Assembly: GCA_963720835.1 (NCBI GenBank)
Contig: CAVRHC010000007.1
Location: forward strand, 109,177 to 173,176
Length of the DNA: 64,000 bases
Reading direction: 5' to 3'
Origin: an uncultured Pseudomonadota bacterium
Lineage (GTDB): Bacteria; Pseudomonadota; Alphaproteobacteria; Rhizobiales; Xanthobacteraceae
Below, piece after piece: positions 46,991 through 57,385 of this stretch; the stretch's first letter is position 1, and the number at the start of each line of letters is the position of its first letter. Position numbers and translations under genes: made by a program. The notes beneath the pieces are model-generated. The model searched no databases, had not been told where the DNA came from, and saw only the letters and a list, made by a program, of their open reading frames with translations.

Positions 46991-47474
46991 ATTTTAATCT
47001 TTGGACAAAGGCAAACGGAATAGCTGACACGGCCAAACCGCCAGAAATAGCCTCATACGTGCAAATTTCGGCCGTCCCGACGAGAAGCGGCAAGCTGGGC
47101 GGCGTTCGTGCCAGCAAGAGATCGTGATCGGCCGGTAACGTCCTGCGCGTGCCGCAAATGTATCCGGCTGCCGGTTGATCGAAAATCAAGCAAACCTGTC
47201 GTGGGATTAAAGGTATTTGTAGACTTGTCAGTTGGACGGTCGTCGATCCGCTCCGGTCCCCGAAATCGCTGGAGGCAGAAACTTTTTGCCTTGCAGCCGA
47301 GCGAAAGACAGGATGCATCGATATCGCTCACCATTGAGCAAGCCGGACACATTCATTGCCGTCCGTTGGGCAGGCTGCATCACCAATATGTCCGGAATTG
47401 ATCTACGACAGGGACAACTACCTGCCCATATGCAACCCGCATTGGGTCAGTCCGGTTAGTTTGGATTGATCCTG

Positions 47475-48365
47475 TTAAAAATTTGGCAATGGCAGCCCGG
47501 CCTGCATAGACCCAGCGCGCAGTGTATTAAGTAGCAAACAGGCAATTGTCATCGGGCCTACACCGCCCGGCACCGGCGTGATGGCACCGGCGACTTGCAA
47601 TGCGTCCGCATATGCCACGTCACCGACGATGCGCGGCTTGCCGCCTTCGCCCGGCACGCGGTTAATACCGACATCAATTACCGTCGCTCCGCGCTTGATC
47701 CAGTCGCCGCGCACCATCTCAGGTTTGCCGATAGCAGCGACCAGCAAGTCGGCGCGCCGGCACACTGCCGGCAGATCGTGCGTTTTGGAATGGCAAATGG
47801 TCACCGTCGCGTTCTCGGCTAGCAGCAACTGCGCGACCGGCTTGCCGACGATGTTGGAGCGGCCGATCACCACCGCCTCCATGCCCGCGAGCGACTCATG
47901 AACGGTCTTCGCCAACAGCACGCACCCCAGCGGCGTACACGGCACCAACGCGGGCAATCCGCTGGCGAGACGACCGACGTTGAGCGGATGAAAGCCGTCC
48001 ACGTCCTTGGCGGGATCAATGGCGGCGATCACCTTCTGTGGATCGATCTGCTTGGGAAGCGGCAACTGCACCAGAATGCCACTTACGGAGGTGTCGGCAT
48101 TGAGCGCGCGGATGAGTTCGAGTAATTCGCCTTCGCTGGTGTTCGCCGGCCGCTTGTGGTCGAACGCTCGCATGCCGGCTTCCGCCACCGCCTTTGATTT
48201 AGTGCGCACGTAAACGCTGCTCGCCGGATCCTCGCCGACAAGCACCACGGCGATACCCGGCGTAAGTCCGTTAGCGCTTTTAAGTCGGGCGACCTCGCCG
48301 GCAATTTTTTTGCGCAGCTCCGCTGCGACTGCTTTACCGTCGATGGTAACGGAGGTGATGGTCAT
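47475..48365 (-). CDS. folD: bifunctional methylenetetrahydrofolate dehydrogenase/methenyltetrahydrofolate cyclohydrolase
   Basis: 296 aa: [50 protein letters not shown]. Confidence 0.95.
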   Translation of the reverse strand: MTITSVTIDGKAVAAELRKKIAGEVARLKSANGLTPGIAVVLVGEDPASSVYVRTKSKAVAEAGMRAFDHKRPANTSEGELLELIRALNADTSVSGILVQLPLPKQIDPQKVIAAIDPAKDVDGFHPLNVGRLASGLPALVPCTPLGCVLLAKTVHESLAGMEAVVIGRSNIVGKPVAQLLLAENATVTICHSKTHDLPAVCRRADLLVAAIGKPEMVRGDWIKRGATVIDVGINRVPGEGGKPRIVGDVAYADALQVAGAITPVPGGVGPMTIACLLLNTLRAGSMQAGLPLPNF

Positions 48366-49165
48366 GTTTTAGTGAGCGCCGGCTAATTGACGATGCAATA
48401 GACACGCGCCTTTTCCATCTTCCACGTGCAGGAGTCGCGGTCGTAGGGTGTAAGTGCGAAGCAGTGTCAATGATTGTGCAACTATCACGACCAAAATAGC
48501 GGTGACTGTCACGTAAGCTTGCACGATTGCTGGCGGCACGGTTGCCGAAAGCTCAGCGAACGGATTTGTGATGAACATGAGAGTCCCCCAATTTCGGGCC
48601 AGTTCTTAATCGTTGTCGAAATAAAAACCGGGACCGAATGGAAGCGACAAATAGCACAAGTAAAAATCTTTAAGCCATTGACTTGAATCTATCGCGCAAT
48701 AGACGGTGCAAAACAAACGACGTCATCGCAAAAAGCGAGTGCCGCCGACAGTGGCGCTTGCCGCATAGGCTCAAACTGAACAGCCCGATTCGGCCGCGTC
48801 TCGAGTCATCACCACCATCGTGGGCGAATTGCTCGAGATTCCCAACAAAGTTGTCGCCTTTCGGGGGGTATATGGCAGCCATCCCGCAACTCGCAGCCTT
48901 CGCAAATAAAGCGTGACAGATTTCGTTGCGTCGCGATGGCAGTCGCAAACTGTGACATCAACTTACGGAGCATGCTCATGTCAGCCTCTCGTTCGTCAGT
49001 TCCATCGAAATATAAATAATTTCAATCCAAGAACATTGTTGGGCTATTGAGGTAAATCAAAATATGCAGACCAGGCAGCAGAGGATTTGCTATAGCGAAA
49101 AAGATCGTTTTGTTCTATTTTCTTCAATAAGTACTGGGCTTTAGGCGCCTCGCCAGAGAACGACC

Positions 49166-49790
49166 ATGGATATCTTCAAGCCGGTGAAAATCGAAGGCGC
49201 GCGCGTCATGCTTGAGCCGTTGTCGCTGCGGCATCTTGATGATCTCGCGGCTGCCGGCGCCGACGGATCCATCTGGCATTGGCTGCCGAGCGCGCACCAT
49301 TTGCCGGGCTCAATGGCCGAATTCATTGAGTCTGCTTTGGCCGCATATGAGCGGCGCTCCGCCCTGCCTTTCGCGACGATCGATCGCGTGTCGAAAAAAG
49401 CTGTTGGCTCGAACTCGCTTCCACCATATCGAAATCGAACATCGACGCCTTGAAATCGGGGTGACCTGGATTGGAACTGCTTTCCAACGGTCATATGTCA
49501 ACACTGAAACTAAGTTCCTGCAGCTTTGGTACTGTTTTGAAATCCTGAATTGTCGACGGGTCGAGTTCAAAGCGGATGTCGACAACAAAAAATCAATCAA
49601 CGCGATATCGCGGCTCGGCGCCACGAAAGAGGGGCTTTTTCGAAAGCATATGCTGTATGCGGACGGTCGAAACCGCGATAATGTTTATTTTTCAATAATT
49701 GACGACGAGTGGCCCGCTATCCAGGCGCAGCTTCAGGCGAAGCTTAGCTACGCAGTCTCCCCTCGCGTCATCGAAGTGAAGGCGGCATGA
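49166..49790 (+). pseudogene. GNAT (RimJ/RimL-like) N-acetyltransferase with a 1-nt frameshift at about 49412
   Basis: ORF 49166-49453 gives the N-terminal part (...ATIDRVSKKAVGS). The +1 frame continues with TRFHHIEIEHRRLEIGVTWIGTAFQRSYVNTE...RVEFKADVDNKKSINAISRLGATKEGLFRKH from 49413. Confidence 0.7.
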
Positions 49791-49803
49791 GCGCCCACGC
49801 GCC

Positions 49804-50694
49804 TCAATCCTTGCTGACACGTTTTGCGTAAGCGTCAATAAAATCAGCGGCAGCTTTGCTTCCTCGAGCAAAAGATTTCATCGCTTCCTCATGGAGCAAA
49901 TTCAACGCTTGCATTTTTATTGCATTCGCTTCGTCGCTCTCGGTGATGTTCTCAGCGTTGCGCGGGCGAGGTAAATTGACTTCAATGACAGAACGAACAC
50001 GCGTTGGAATATTTGACATGATCAAGATGCGATCGGCCAAAAAAATTGCTTCGTCGATGTCTGTCGTGACGAAAAACGTCGTGCGCCTGAATTCGTTATA
50101 GAGGTTTGCGTAGTATTCCTGCATCAGCCGTTTGGTCATGGCATCCAGACCGCGGAACGGCTCGTCCAGGATCATAATCGCCGGTTTGTTAATCATGGAG
50201 CGAGCAAGTTCAGCGCGACGTTGCATGCCTCCGGAAAGCTGCGACGGATACTTTTTACGGAATGCTGCGAGCCCCACCTTCTGCAGCAACGCTTCGGCGA
50301 AATCGCGCATCTCCGGCGTGTCTTCGCCGCGTGCACGCGGCCCGTACATGATGTTGTCGTAAGTGGTCATCCAGGGGAAAAGTGCGGTCTCCTGGAAACA
50401 GACCAAACGATCGACCCCCGGACCTGTTACCGGCTTGTCGTCGAAAATAACCGTCCCGCTATTGGGACGTTCGAAACCCGCCAAAAGCCGTATCAGCGTG
50501 CTTTTGCCGCATCCGGACGGTCCGATCATAACGGTCAATTTGCTGCGTTCGATCGTAAAGCTGCAGTTCTGCACGACATGCTTAGTAAAAACGTCGGTGC
50601 CGTAAGACTTGCTGACGTTCTTGACAACGATTTCGCTGCCGAAGGCGGTAGACGTGCCGGCTTGAGCTGACAAGTTGTGGGTCATTTCCTGCAT
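49804..50694 (-). CDS. ABC transporter ATP-binding protein (NitT/TauT family), second ATPase of the operon
   Basis: Walker A GPSGCGKST, signature LSGGMQRR, Walker B ILDEPF. Confidence 0.9.
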   Translation of the reverse strand: MQEMTHNLSAQAGTSTAFGSEIVVKNVSKSYGTDVFTKHVVQNCSFTIERSKLTVMIGPSGCGKSTLIRLLAGFERPNSGTVIFDDKPVTGPGVDRLVCFQETALFPWMTTYDNIMYGPRARGEDTPEMRDFAEALLQKVGLAAFRKKYPSQLSGGMQRRAELARSMINKPAIMILDEPFRGLDAMTKRLMQEYYANLYNEFRRTTFFVTTDIDEAIFLADRILIMSNIPTRVRSVIEVNLPRPRNAENITESDEANAIKMQALNLLHEEAMKSFARGSKAAADFIDAYAKRVSKD

Positions 50695-50711
50695 ATTTTT
50701 TTCTCGCGTTT

Positions 50712-51560
50712 TTACCCTTCAGCGAGCCATGGAGTCAGAAATTCCCCTAACCTGCGTATGGCGGCGCTCGAAATATAGCCAGCGATGCCGATGCTGATCA
50801 TGCCGGCGACGATTTGGGTATAGGAACCGCCGACGTATGAATTCCAGATGAAGAAGCCGAGGCCGCCGCCTGCCGCTCCGCCCATCGAACCGGCGCTTCC
50901 GCCGCCGGAAATCATTTCCGCCGCGACCACCACCGCCCATGTAATGCCGATGCCGACGGTCGCGCCGACGACGATGGACGGCAAAGTTCCCGGCAGAATA
51001 ATGCGCCGAAAAATGTCCCATGTGGACGAGCCCATAGATCGCGCCGCCTGGAAGTAACGGACATCGATGGCCCGCGCGCCGCCGATCACGTTGATGACGA
51101 TCGTGAAAAATGCTCCGAGGAACGTAACAAAGGCGATTGAGAGCTCCTGCGTTGGCCAAAAAATGATGGCTGCCGGCACCCAGGCGAGGGGAGGTATCGG
51201 GCGCAACACTTCGAAGACGGGAAAAGTGATGCCGTAGAACGTACGGCTGACAGCCATGGCAAGGCCAAGCGGGATACCTATGATCATCGCCGCGATGAAG
51301 CCTTCAAAGACCCGCAAGGTGCTAAGATAGGCGCTTTGCCAAAAGCTGGGCTCTTGAATGAGTTTGAGCATCTCCAACAAGACGGCACTCGGCGCGGGGA
51401 TCTGCGATACCCAGGGAAAGGCAATTCCGAACCACGCCTCCGATCGCGATCCGATTTCCCATAAAATGAAAAATACGATGATGGCGACCACACCGCGCCA
51501 GACTGCCTCATCCGTGATAAGGCTTGCGGCCTTCATAAAGATTGCCTCGCTCCGATTCAT
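50712..51560 (-). CDS. msmH: ABC transporter permease (NitT/TauT family)
   Basis: BPD_transp_1-type permease (six TM-like segments; EAA-like loop AARSMGSSTWDIFRRIILPG). The symbol is assigned only from gene order relative to the published msmEFGH operon. Confidence 0.75.
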   Translation of the reverse strand: MNRSEAIFMKAASLITDEAVWRGVVAIIVFFILWEIGSRSEAWFGIAFPWVSQIPAPSAVLLEMLKLIQEPSFWQSAYLSTLRVFEGFIAAMIIGIPLGLAMAVSRTFYGITFPVFEVLRPIPPLAWVPAAIIFWPTQELSIAFVTFLGAFFTIVINVIGGARAIDVRYFQAARSMGSSTWDIFRRIILPGTLPSIVVGATVGIGITWAVVVAAEMISGGGSAGSMGGAAGGGLGFFIWNSYVGGSYTQIVAGMISIGIAGYISSAAIRRLGEFLTPWLAEG

Positions 51561-51562
51561 GA

Positions 51563-52477
51563 TCAGCGTTCCTTTTCACCGGCGTCGAAGGCCTTGATCG
51601 CTTCCTCATGCACGGCCGCGGATGTTTCCTCCATGAAGGCGCGAAAGCGTTTGGTCGTGAGCACGCTATAGTCGCGAGGATGGGGAATATCGATGTCGAG
51701 TATCTTCTTCGGTCGACACGGTCTTGTCGTCATAATTACCACGCGGTGTCCGAGAAAAATGGCCTCTTCGAGATCATGCGTGATGAAGAAAATCGTGACG
51801 CGATTCTTATAAAAAATCTCAAGCAACGCCTCATGCATGACCGATTTCGTCAGCGAATCGAGTGCGCGATATGGCTCGTCGAGCAATAGGATTTTTGGGT
51901 CGTTCATGAGCGCGCGGACAATCTCGACGCGACGGCGAACGCCAGACGAAATTTCACCAGGATAGCTATCTGCAATGCCACGTAACCCGGCATCGGCCAT
52001 CATGCTGTGTGCTTTTTCATAAGCTTCCGCACGCGACATCGTCCCCTGCATTACCGGCCCGAATGCCACGTTATCGAGGTTAGTCTTCCACGGAAACAAC
52101 GCACCGTTTTGAAAGACCACGATACGGTCGGGACCCGGCTCCGCTTTGAGTTTTCCCGGTCCACACAACATTTCGTCGTCGAGATAAATGCTGCCGGAAC
52201 TGAGACTGTGAAAACCGGCAATGGCATTGAGAAGCGTCGTTTTTCCGCAACCCGAGGGGCCGACGACGACGGTGATCTCCCCGGCTGGAACGTCGAAGGT
52301 GCAATGGTCGACGGCCAAAACACCGGCGCCATGTACGCCGTATGTCTTGACGGCATCGATGATGCGTACGCCGCCTTTGTGCGAATTTGTTGAACGTTCC
52401 CTCTGCGATGGCGCAGAGGGAGCTTCCATTGTTGTTTGCACTATCGTTCTCCCAGCGCCAGCTCTCGGGTCCGCCAC
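51563..52477 (-). CDS. msmG: ABC transporter ATP-binding protein (NitT/TauT family)
   Basis: Walker A GPSGCGKTT, signature ISSGVRRR, Walker B LLDEPY. The start may be ATG 52429 (MEAPSAP). Confidence 0.8.
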   Translation of the reverse strand: MADPRAGAGRTIVQTTMEAPSAPSQRERSTNSHKGGVRIIDAVKTYGVHGAGVLAVDHCTFDVPAGEITVVVGPSGCGKTTLLNAIAGFHSLSSGSIYLDDEMLCGPGKLKAEPGPDRIVVFQNGALFPWKTNLDNVAFGPVMQGTMSRAEAYEKAHSMMADAGLRGIADSYPGEISSGVRRRVEIVRALMNDPKILLLDEPYRALDSLTKSVMHEALLEIFYKNRVTIFFITHDLEEAIFLGHRVVIMTTRPCRPKKILDIDIPHPRDYSVLTTKRFRAFMEETSAAVHEEAIKAFDAGEKER

Positions 52478-53379
52478 TGCATCATATAGTCACCGAGCAG
52501 TCGAATGGCGGCGCTCGTAACGTAGCCGACGATTCCCAACGTCACCATGCCGATAATAATCGTGGGATACCGCACCATGGTGTAAGATGTGTTGATTACG
52601 TAACCCAACCCGTATTGTCCCGATACCATTTCACCGGCGACCAACGAAAACCACGCAACGCCGACTGAAATCTGCAAACCGGTGAAGATAAAGGGCAATG
52701 CTCCCGGCGCGATGATATGCCGAAACACTTGCCAGCGTTTCGCACCGAGACAACTTGCCGCACGGGTATAAGACACATCGATCGATTCGACACCCAACAT
52801 CGTGTTGAGGGCAGTCGCATAGAACGACGCAAGAAACGTCAAAAAGATAACCGGCGTTTCGGATCCACGAAACATGACAATCGCTAGTGGGACCCACGCT
52901 AGTGGCGGTATGGGCCGCAGCAGTTCGAAGACCGGGAAAACGTATTGTTTGAAGCGTGGCGACCAGCCGAGAAACAGCCCGAGCGGTACACCAATTCCGG
53001 TCGCCAGAAAGAAGGCAATCGCGATACGCCGGGTGCTGACCCAGATGTGCAGGTAATATTCCGGTACGAAGATCGACAATCCATAGACGGGATCGCGACT
53101 CAACCACTCTGTAAAGACCTGTGTCGGCCCCGGCATTTCGGCAAAGCGCGGCAGTTTCCACACCTCTACCGAAAAATACCAAAAGCCGAGAAAGCAAGCG
53201 AGGCCGATCAACATCAGATATGGCCGCGGACTTTGCAGCCACAGCGACGTCCGGTGCATTGCCAATGCCCAGGAGGTCATGCTTCGGGCATTGTCGCCAA
53301 TCACATCTTGAGGGGAGTCTATCGTGCGAATGTCGCTCAGTTCAGTTTCGGTCATTGCTGCGCCTTTGTGAGGCTCCAT
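52441..53379 (-). CDS. msmF: ABC transporter permease (NitT/TauT family)
   Basis: Polytopic permease with the EAA-like loop AASCLGAKRWQVFRHIIAPG. The symbol is assigned from gene order only. Confidence 0.75.
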   Translation of the reverse strand: MEPHKGAAMTETELSDIRTIDSPQDVIGDNARSMTSWALAMHRTSLWLQSPRPYLMLIGLACFLGFWYFSVEVWKLPRFAEMPGPTQVFTEWLSRDPVYGLSIFVPEYYLHIWVSTRRIAIAFFLATGIGVPLGLFLGWSPRFKQYVFPVFELLRPIPPLAWVPLAIVMFRGSETPVIFLTFLASFYATALNTMLGVESIDVSYTRAASCLGAKRWQVFRHIIAPGALPFIFTGLQISVGVAWFSLVAGEMVSGQYGLGYVINTSYTMVRYPTIIIGMVTLGIVGYVTSAAIRLLGDYMMQWRTRELALGER

Positions 53380-53423
53380 GCCTTTTTAAGGCATGGAGCC
53401 GCGTTGACGTCGTCGTGCGTACG

Positions 53424-54611
53424 TCACTTGCCGGTGTAAGCGGAGTCCGGCAGCGCTTTAACTTCGCCCACAGGCGCCTTCAAATTGCGGGCTTTCAGAA
53501 TGTCCTCGGTCAGATTCGACATAACCGCCTCGGGACGAATTTCGGCCTTGATGCTCTTGATCTCGAGAAGGAATGTCGAGGCCTTGTGCACAAGGTCCAT
53601 TACCTGCGGCGTGAAAGTATACGGCAACGTGATACGAATATCGGTGCCTCCTTCCGATTTGGGCGTCTGACCATAAGCGGATGCCCACAGCGCCTTTTCC
53701 GGGAAGCCGGTGGTCTGCGATGCCGCCATTTTCGCGACCTCCATCGCATGCTTGGAGTCGGCGAAATATAGTTCGGCATCAAGCTCGGCTTCGAGCCAGC
53801 CCTTCACGACATCTGGGCGCTGCTTAATAAGAGCCTCCGGCATGACCAGGAAGGCGCCATCGTTTTCGTTGACCGATGCACCCGTCGCGACCTTGCGTGC
53901 GAGTTTGTCGTGAACCAGGCGTGAAGCCGTCGGCTCCCAAATAACGGCGGCGTCTAGTTTTTTCGCGCGGAAGCCGCTCGTGATCACTTCGATGCTTTGG
54001 TTTAGATATTCGGCCGGCTTGATGTTGAAGCGCTTGAACACGGCCCGCGCAAAACGATCGGAACAAGCACCCTTCGGCACCGCCACGTGCTTGCCGTCCA
54101 TCCACTTAATTGCTTCTTCCGGCGATTTGAACTTGGGCGCATCGGTGCGAACGAGGAAGTTATTGCACTGATCCTGACCCAGGCCGACAGCCGCCACCAT
54201 TCGGACGTCGCGCACTTCGGCGTGGCTGGTCGATACGATCGCAGGCATGTCACCGACGTAACCAACATCCACTTTGCCGGCGAGCATGCCGTTGACAATG
54301 ATTGCGCCCTGCAAGCCAATCTGGAATTCGACTTTTGACCCCTTCGGGAGATATTTTTCGTAGAATTTCTTGTCGCGCATAACGACGCCCGACCACGATT
54401 CCGTATAGTAGGGCTGATAGCCAATAACCAAGTTGATTGCTTCACCGGGCTTTCCGTAGTCCTTGACTGCCGCTGCGGAAGCCGGCGAAGACGTCATCGC
54501 AAAGACGGCGAACCCGGCAGCCGCAACAGCTAGAGATTTGGCGGCGACTGAAAATCGGTTGACGCCATGCTGACGTAGGCCGCGCGGCTCTTTCCCTGTG
54601 TCCAAGTGCAT
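53424..54611 (-). CDS. msmE: periplasmic substrate-binding protein (NMT1/SsuA/TauA-like) of the sulfonate-type ABC importer
   Basis: Signal peptide (AVAAAGFAVFAMTSSPASAAA) and strong RBS GGGAGGA. It is divergent from the msmA-like gene, as reported for Methylosulfonomonas msmEFGH/msmABCD. Confidence 0.8.
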   Translation of the reverse strand: MHLDTGKEPRGLRQHGVNRFSVAAKSLAVAAAGFAVFAMTSSPASAAAVKDYGKPGEAINLVIGYQPYYTESWSGVVMRDKKFYEKYLPKGSKVEFQIGLQGAIIVNGMLAGKVDVGYVGDMPAIVSTSHAEVRDVRMVAAVGLGQDQCNNFLVRTDAPKFKSPEEAIKWMDGKHVAVPKGACSDRFARAVFKRFNIKPAEYLNQSIEVITSGFRAKKLDAAVIWEPTASRLVHDKLARKVATGASVNENDGAFLVMPEALIKQRPDVVKGWLEAELDAELYFADSKHAMEVAKMAASQTTGFPEKALWASAYGQTPKSEGGTDIRITLPYTFTPQVMDLVHKASTFLLEIKSIKAEIRPEAVMSNLTEDILKARNLKAPVGEVKALPDSAYTGK

Positions 54612-55078
54612 TTTGAATCCTCCCTAGCGTGTTTGGTTTTTATACGAAACTCATCGTCTGATTTTCGTGGAACGTCACGTTTCCTTTCTGGATTGCCCCT
54701 TGGTGTCAATTTGCAGTCTATCGCGGCTGCGAGCTGGTCCACCTATTAGCTTAGCGATTTTCGCCGCGTTGCTTTCCGACAGAATGACAGCACCAATTCT
54801 TAATGAGAAAATTGTTCCTCCTAATAGCCCAATAGAAGACCACTATTACCCGCTGGCTTTGGACCGGTGCGAACGCCGTTCTGGTCAGTTGAACGAAAAA
54901 TAGGCAGGTTTTAAGCGCACTTCCGGGCCCAATGCGGGTCGCTTTGAGCTATTGCTCAATCTATTGATATATAACTATTTTCGATATTCTGTGATCTGGT
55001 GAATTCAGGCTGGGCGCTGATATCATCAGTACAACCATACGAGTCTAATCACACTCGACTTTCGGAGGGACAATCATC

Positions 55079-56329
55079 GTGGCAGCAAAGAATCATCGCG
55101 AATGGGTCGCGGAACCCGGCCTAAAGCCGTCAGAATGGGTCGATAGTCGCATTTATTCCGACCCGGAGATTTTCGAGGAAGAGCTCGAGAAGATCTTTAA
55201 GAAGAGTTGGATTCCAGTTTGTCATGAGTCCGAATTATCGAAGCCCTACGATTTCCGCACGATGTCGATCGCGCGTGAGCCGATCGTCGTCTGCCGCGGA
55301 CCGGACAATCAAGTCCGCGCCTTCCTGAACGTCTGTCCGCATCGGGGCATGATCATCGAGCGTCGACCGTCCGGGAGTTTTCTCGAAGGCCAGCCGTCAG
55401 GAAATCCGAAGCGGATGACCTGCATGTTCCATGCTTGGCAATACGACATGCGCGGCAATTGCGTTTACATCAGCCGCGAAAAGGAAGGTTTCCAAGAGCG
55501 CCTGTGCAAGGAGAACGTCGGTTTGCGGCGCTTGCGCTGTGAAGTGAAATTCGGTGGATTTGTCTGGGTCAGTCTCGAGGACAACCCGTCCGTTTCCCTT
55601 GAAGACTGGGGCGCAGAGGCTTTTGCTTGCCTGCGCAAGACTCTCGATGCTGAGCCGCTTGAGGTGTTTCACTATCACAAGGCGATTGTGAATGCTAACT
55701 ACAAGCTTTGGCACGATACAAACTGTGAATTTTACCACGACTTCATGCACTACCATAATCGCGTCACTGGCTTTAACGACGCTTACTTCGCGCGGAAGAA
55801 CGACGCCTTCGATCATGGCCACATTGTCGTCGGAACGTTTGAAGTGAACTACGAAAACTACGAAGGCGCCGAGAGTCGCGCAGAGCTTTCGTTCCCGTAC
55901 CTGCCGCCGAACCAGTGGTACATGATCGACCTTTTCCCGGGCATGAACTTCAACCTGCGTGGTTCCGCACTTCGGTGCGACATCGTGACGCCTTTAGGTC
56001 CGGATAAGGTGATGATCGAGTTCCGCGGGCTAGGCTTGAAGCGGGACACCGCTGAGGAGCGCGAGACGCGCATCAATCATCACAATTCAATATGGGGCCC
56101 ATTCGGCCGCAATTTGCACGAAGACCTGATTGGCGTTCAGGGGCAGGGCACCACGATGCTCACCGGCTCAGAACCGCGGCATATCCTGCATGGTCGCCAT
56201 GAGAACCAGACGATTTATGACGAAAATGGCATGCGGCACTACTACGATGAGTGGGGTCGCTGGATGAATTGGCTGCCGAGTAACCCCGAGAAGCCGTTCT
56301 CGGAGCGGATGTCGGTCGCCGCGGAATAG
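55079..56329 (+). CDS. msmA: methanesulfonate monooxygenase hydroxylase large subunit (Rieske oxygenase alpha)
   Basis: The Rieske motif is CPH (res 86-88) ... CMFH (res 115-118), with 26 residues between the His and the next Cys. This is the unusual CXH-X26-CXXH spacing reported for MsmA. There is also a mononuclear-iron region NCEFYHDFMHYH. GTG start with GGAGGG RBS. Confidence 0.85.
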   Translation: MAAKNHREWVAEPGLKPSEWVDSRIYSDPEIFEEELEKIFKKSWIPVCHESELSKPYDFRTMSIAREPIVVCRGPDNQVRAFLNVCPHRGMIIERRPSGSFLEGQPSGNPKRMTCMFHAWQYDMRGNCVYISREKEGFQERLCKENVGLRRLRCEVKFGGFVWVSLEDNPSVSLEDWGAEAFACLRKTLDAEPLEVFHYHKAIVNANYKLWHDTNCEFYHDFMHYHNRVTGFNDAYFARKNDAFDHGHIVVGTFEVNYENYEGAESRAELSFPYLPPNQWYMIDLFPGMNFNLRGSALRCDIVTPLGPDKVMIEFRGLGLKRDTAEERETRINHHNSIWGPFGRNLHEDLIGVQGQGTTMLTGSEPRHILHGRHENQTIYDENGMRHYYDEWGRWMNWLPSNPEKPFSERMSVAAE

Positions 56330-56447
56330 GCAGCGGAGGAGAAAATTTGTAAGTCTCGCGCGCGCTTTTGCAGGTCATAGGGGCTGCAATCGCGCGCGCC
56401 AATTCAGCGCCGCATTGCGCCTCAATGCTAAAAAAGGCGATTAGACC

Positions 56448-56930
56448 GTGGAACCTCAGGCTCTAGTTCGTGATGCGATTTATCGATCAACAATTCTGCT
56501 CGACAAGCAGGATTGGAATAGCTGGCTCGACCAGTGCGACGCAGAATTCCAATATGCGATACGCGCCTGGAGCCCCGAAATCAGCAAGGACATGACTTAT
56601 CTCTCATTGGACCGCAATGGTCTTGAAAATTTGGTCAACCTTTTGCCGAAGCACAACACAGATCATTCACCCCTGACGCGGCACACGTCAGTATATACCG
56701 TGGAGGTCGACGATAACGCCAATCGCGCCAATGCGGTCAGTTCGGTGATTGTTTATCAAAATCTTCTGGACGGTATCAATTCGCATATTGATGCCGGCGA
56801 GAGCCGTCTTTTCCTGGTCGGCAAATACATCGACAGCTTTAAGATCGACTCCGGCAAAGCGAAGTTTCTCAGCCGCGAGGTACGAATCGAAAACCGACGA
56901 TTGGACAAGGGTTCGCATTGGCCTATATGA
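56448..56930 (+). CDS. msmB: methanesulfonate monooxygenase hydroxylase small (beta) subunit, NTF2-like
   Basis: 160-aa ring-hydroxylating-beta/SnoaL_4-like protein (DKQDWNSWLDQCDAEFQY). It sits between the alpha subunit and the ferredoxin. A GTG start is forced by an in-frame TAG at 56442. Confidence 0.75.
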   Translation: MEPQALVRDAIYRSTILLDKQDWNSWLDQCDAEFQYAIRAWSPEISKDMTYLSLDRNGLENLVNLLPKHNTDHSPLTRHTSVYTVEVDDNANRANAVSSVIVYQNLLDGINSHIDAGESRLFLVGKYIDSFKIDSGKAKFLSREVRIENRRLDKGSHWPI

Positions 56931-57000
56931 CGAACGAGCCGTTTTTACGATCGGTGCTGGGGTGAGGCGCGGTGCCAAGAACAATACGACGAAGCCAAGA

Positions 57001-57369
57001 ATGACATGGAAACGCATCTGCGAGGCGGGAGACGTTGCTGAGAATTCCGTCAAGAAATTCGACGTCGGCGGGATCCCGATATTGCTGGTGAATTACGGCG
57101 CCGGCTACCGCGCAATTCCCCCTGTTTGCCCGCATATGGAAGAGCCTCTGGACAAATCGGCTGTCGTCGCTAGTTGTGTGCTGACTTGCACCAAGCACCT
57201 GTGGTCTTGGGACATGGCGACGCTCGACATGAAGGGTGAAACGGAAAAGCCCCTATTGACGTATGAAGTCAAACAGGAAAATGGCTCCATCTTCGCAAAT
57301 ATCGAACATGAATTGACTTACGAGTTTGAATCCGAGGACGGCGAAGACGACGACGATTTCTTCAAGTGA
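57001..57369 (+). CDS. msmC: Rieske-type [2Fe-2S] ferredoxin component
   Basis: CPHMEEPL ... CTKHLWSW Rieske motif and a very acidic C-terminus ([13 protein letters not shown]). The start is taken at ATG 57001. Confidence 0.8.
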   Translation: MTWKRICEAGDVAENSVKKFDVGGIPILLVNYGAGYRAIPPVCPHMEEPLDKSAVVASCVLTCTKHLWSWDMATLDMKGETEKPLLTYEVKQENGSIFANIEHELTYEFESEDGEDDDDFFK

Positions 57370-57385
57370 GTCGATTGCCAGTGCC

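Noticed and set aside
45879-47318. Taking the full 479-aa ORF as the second MBL hydrolase
   Set aside because: The first 136 codons run through the operator palindrome and AT-rich promoter-like DNA. A signal peptide begins at the internal ATG 46910.
48670-48948. 92-aa minus-strand ORF in the AT-rich junction
   Set aside because: It has no RBS, no recognisable domain and an odd Arg/Cys-rich composition. It is treated as non-coding or degraded DNA.
54667-54903. 78-aa ORF in the msmE/msmA divergent region
   Set aside because: It has no ribosome-binding site and an implausible composition, and it lies in a promoter region. It is probably non-coding.
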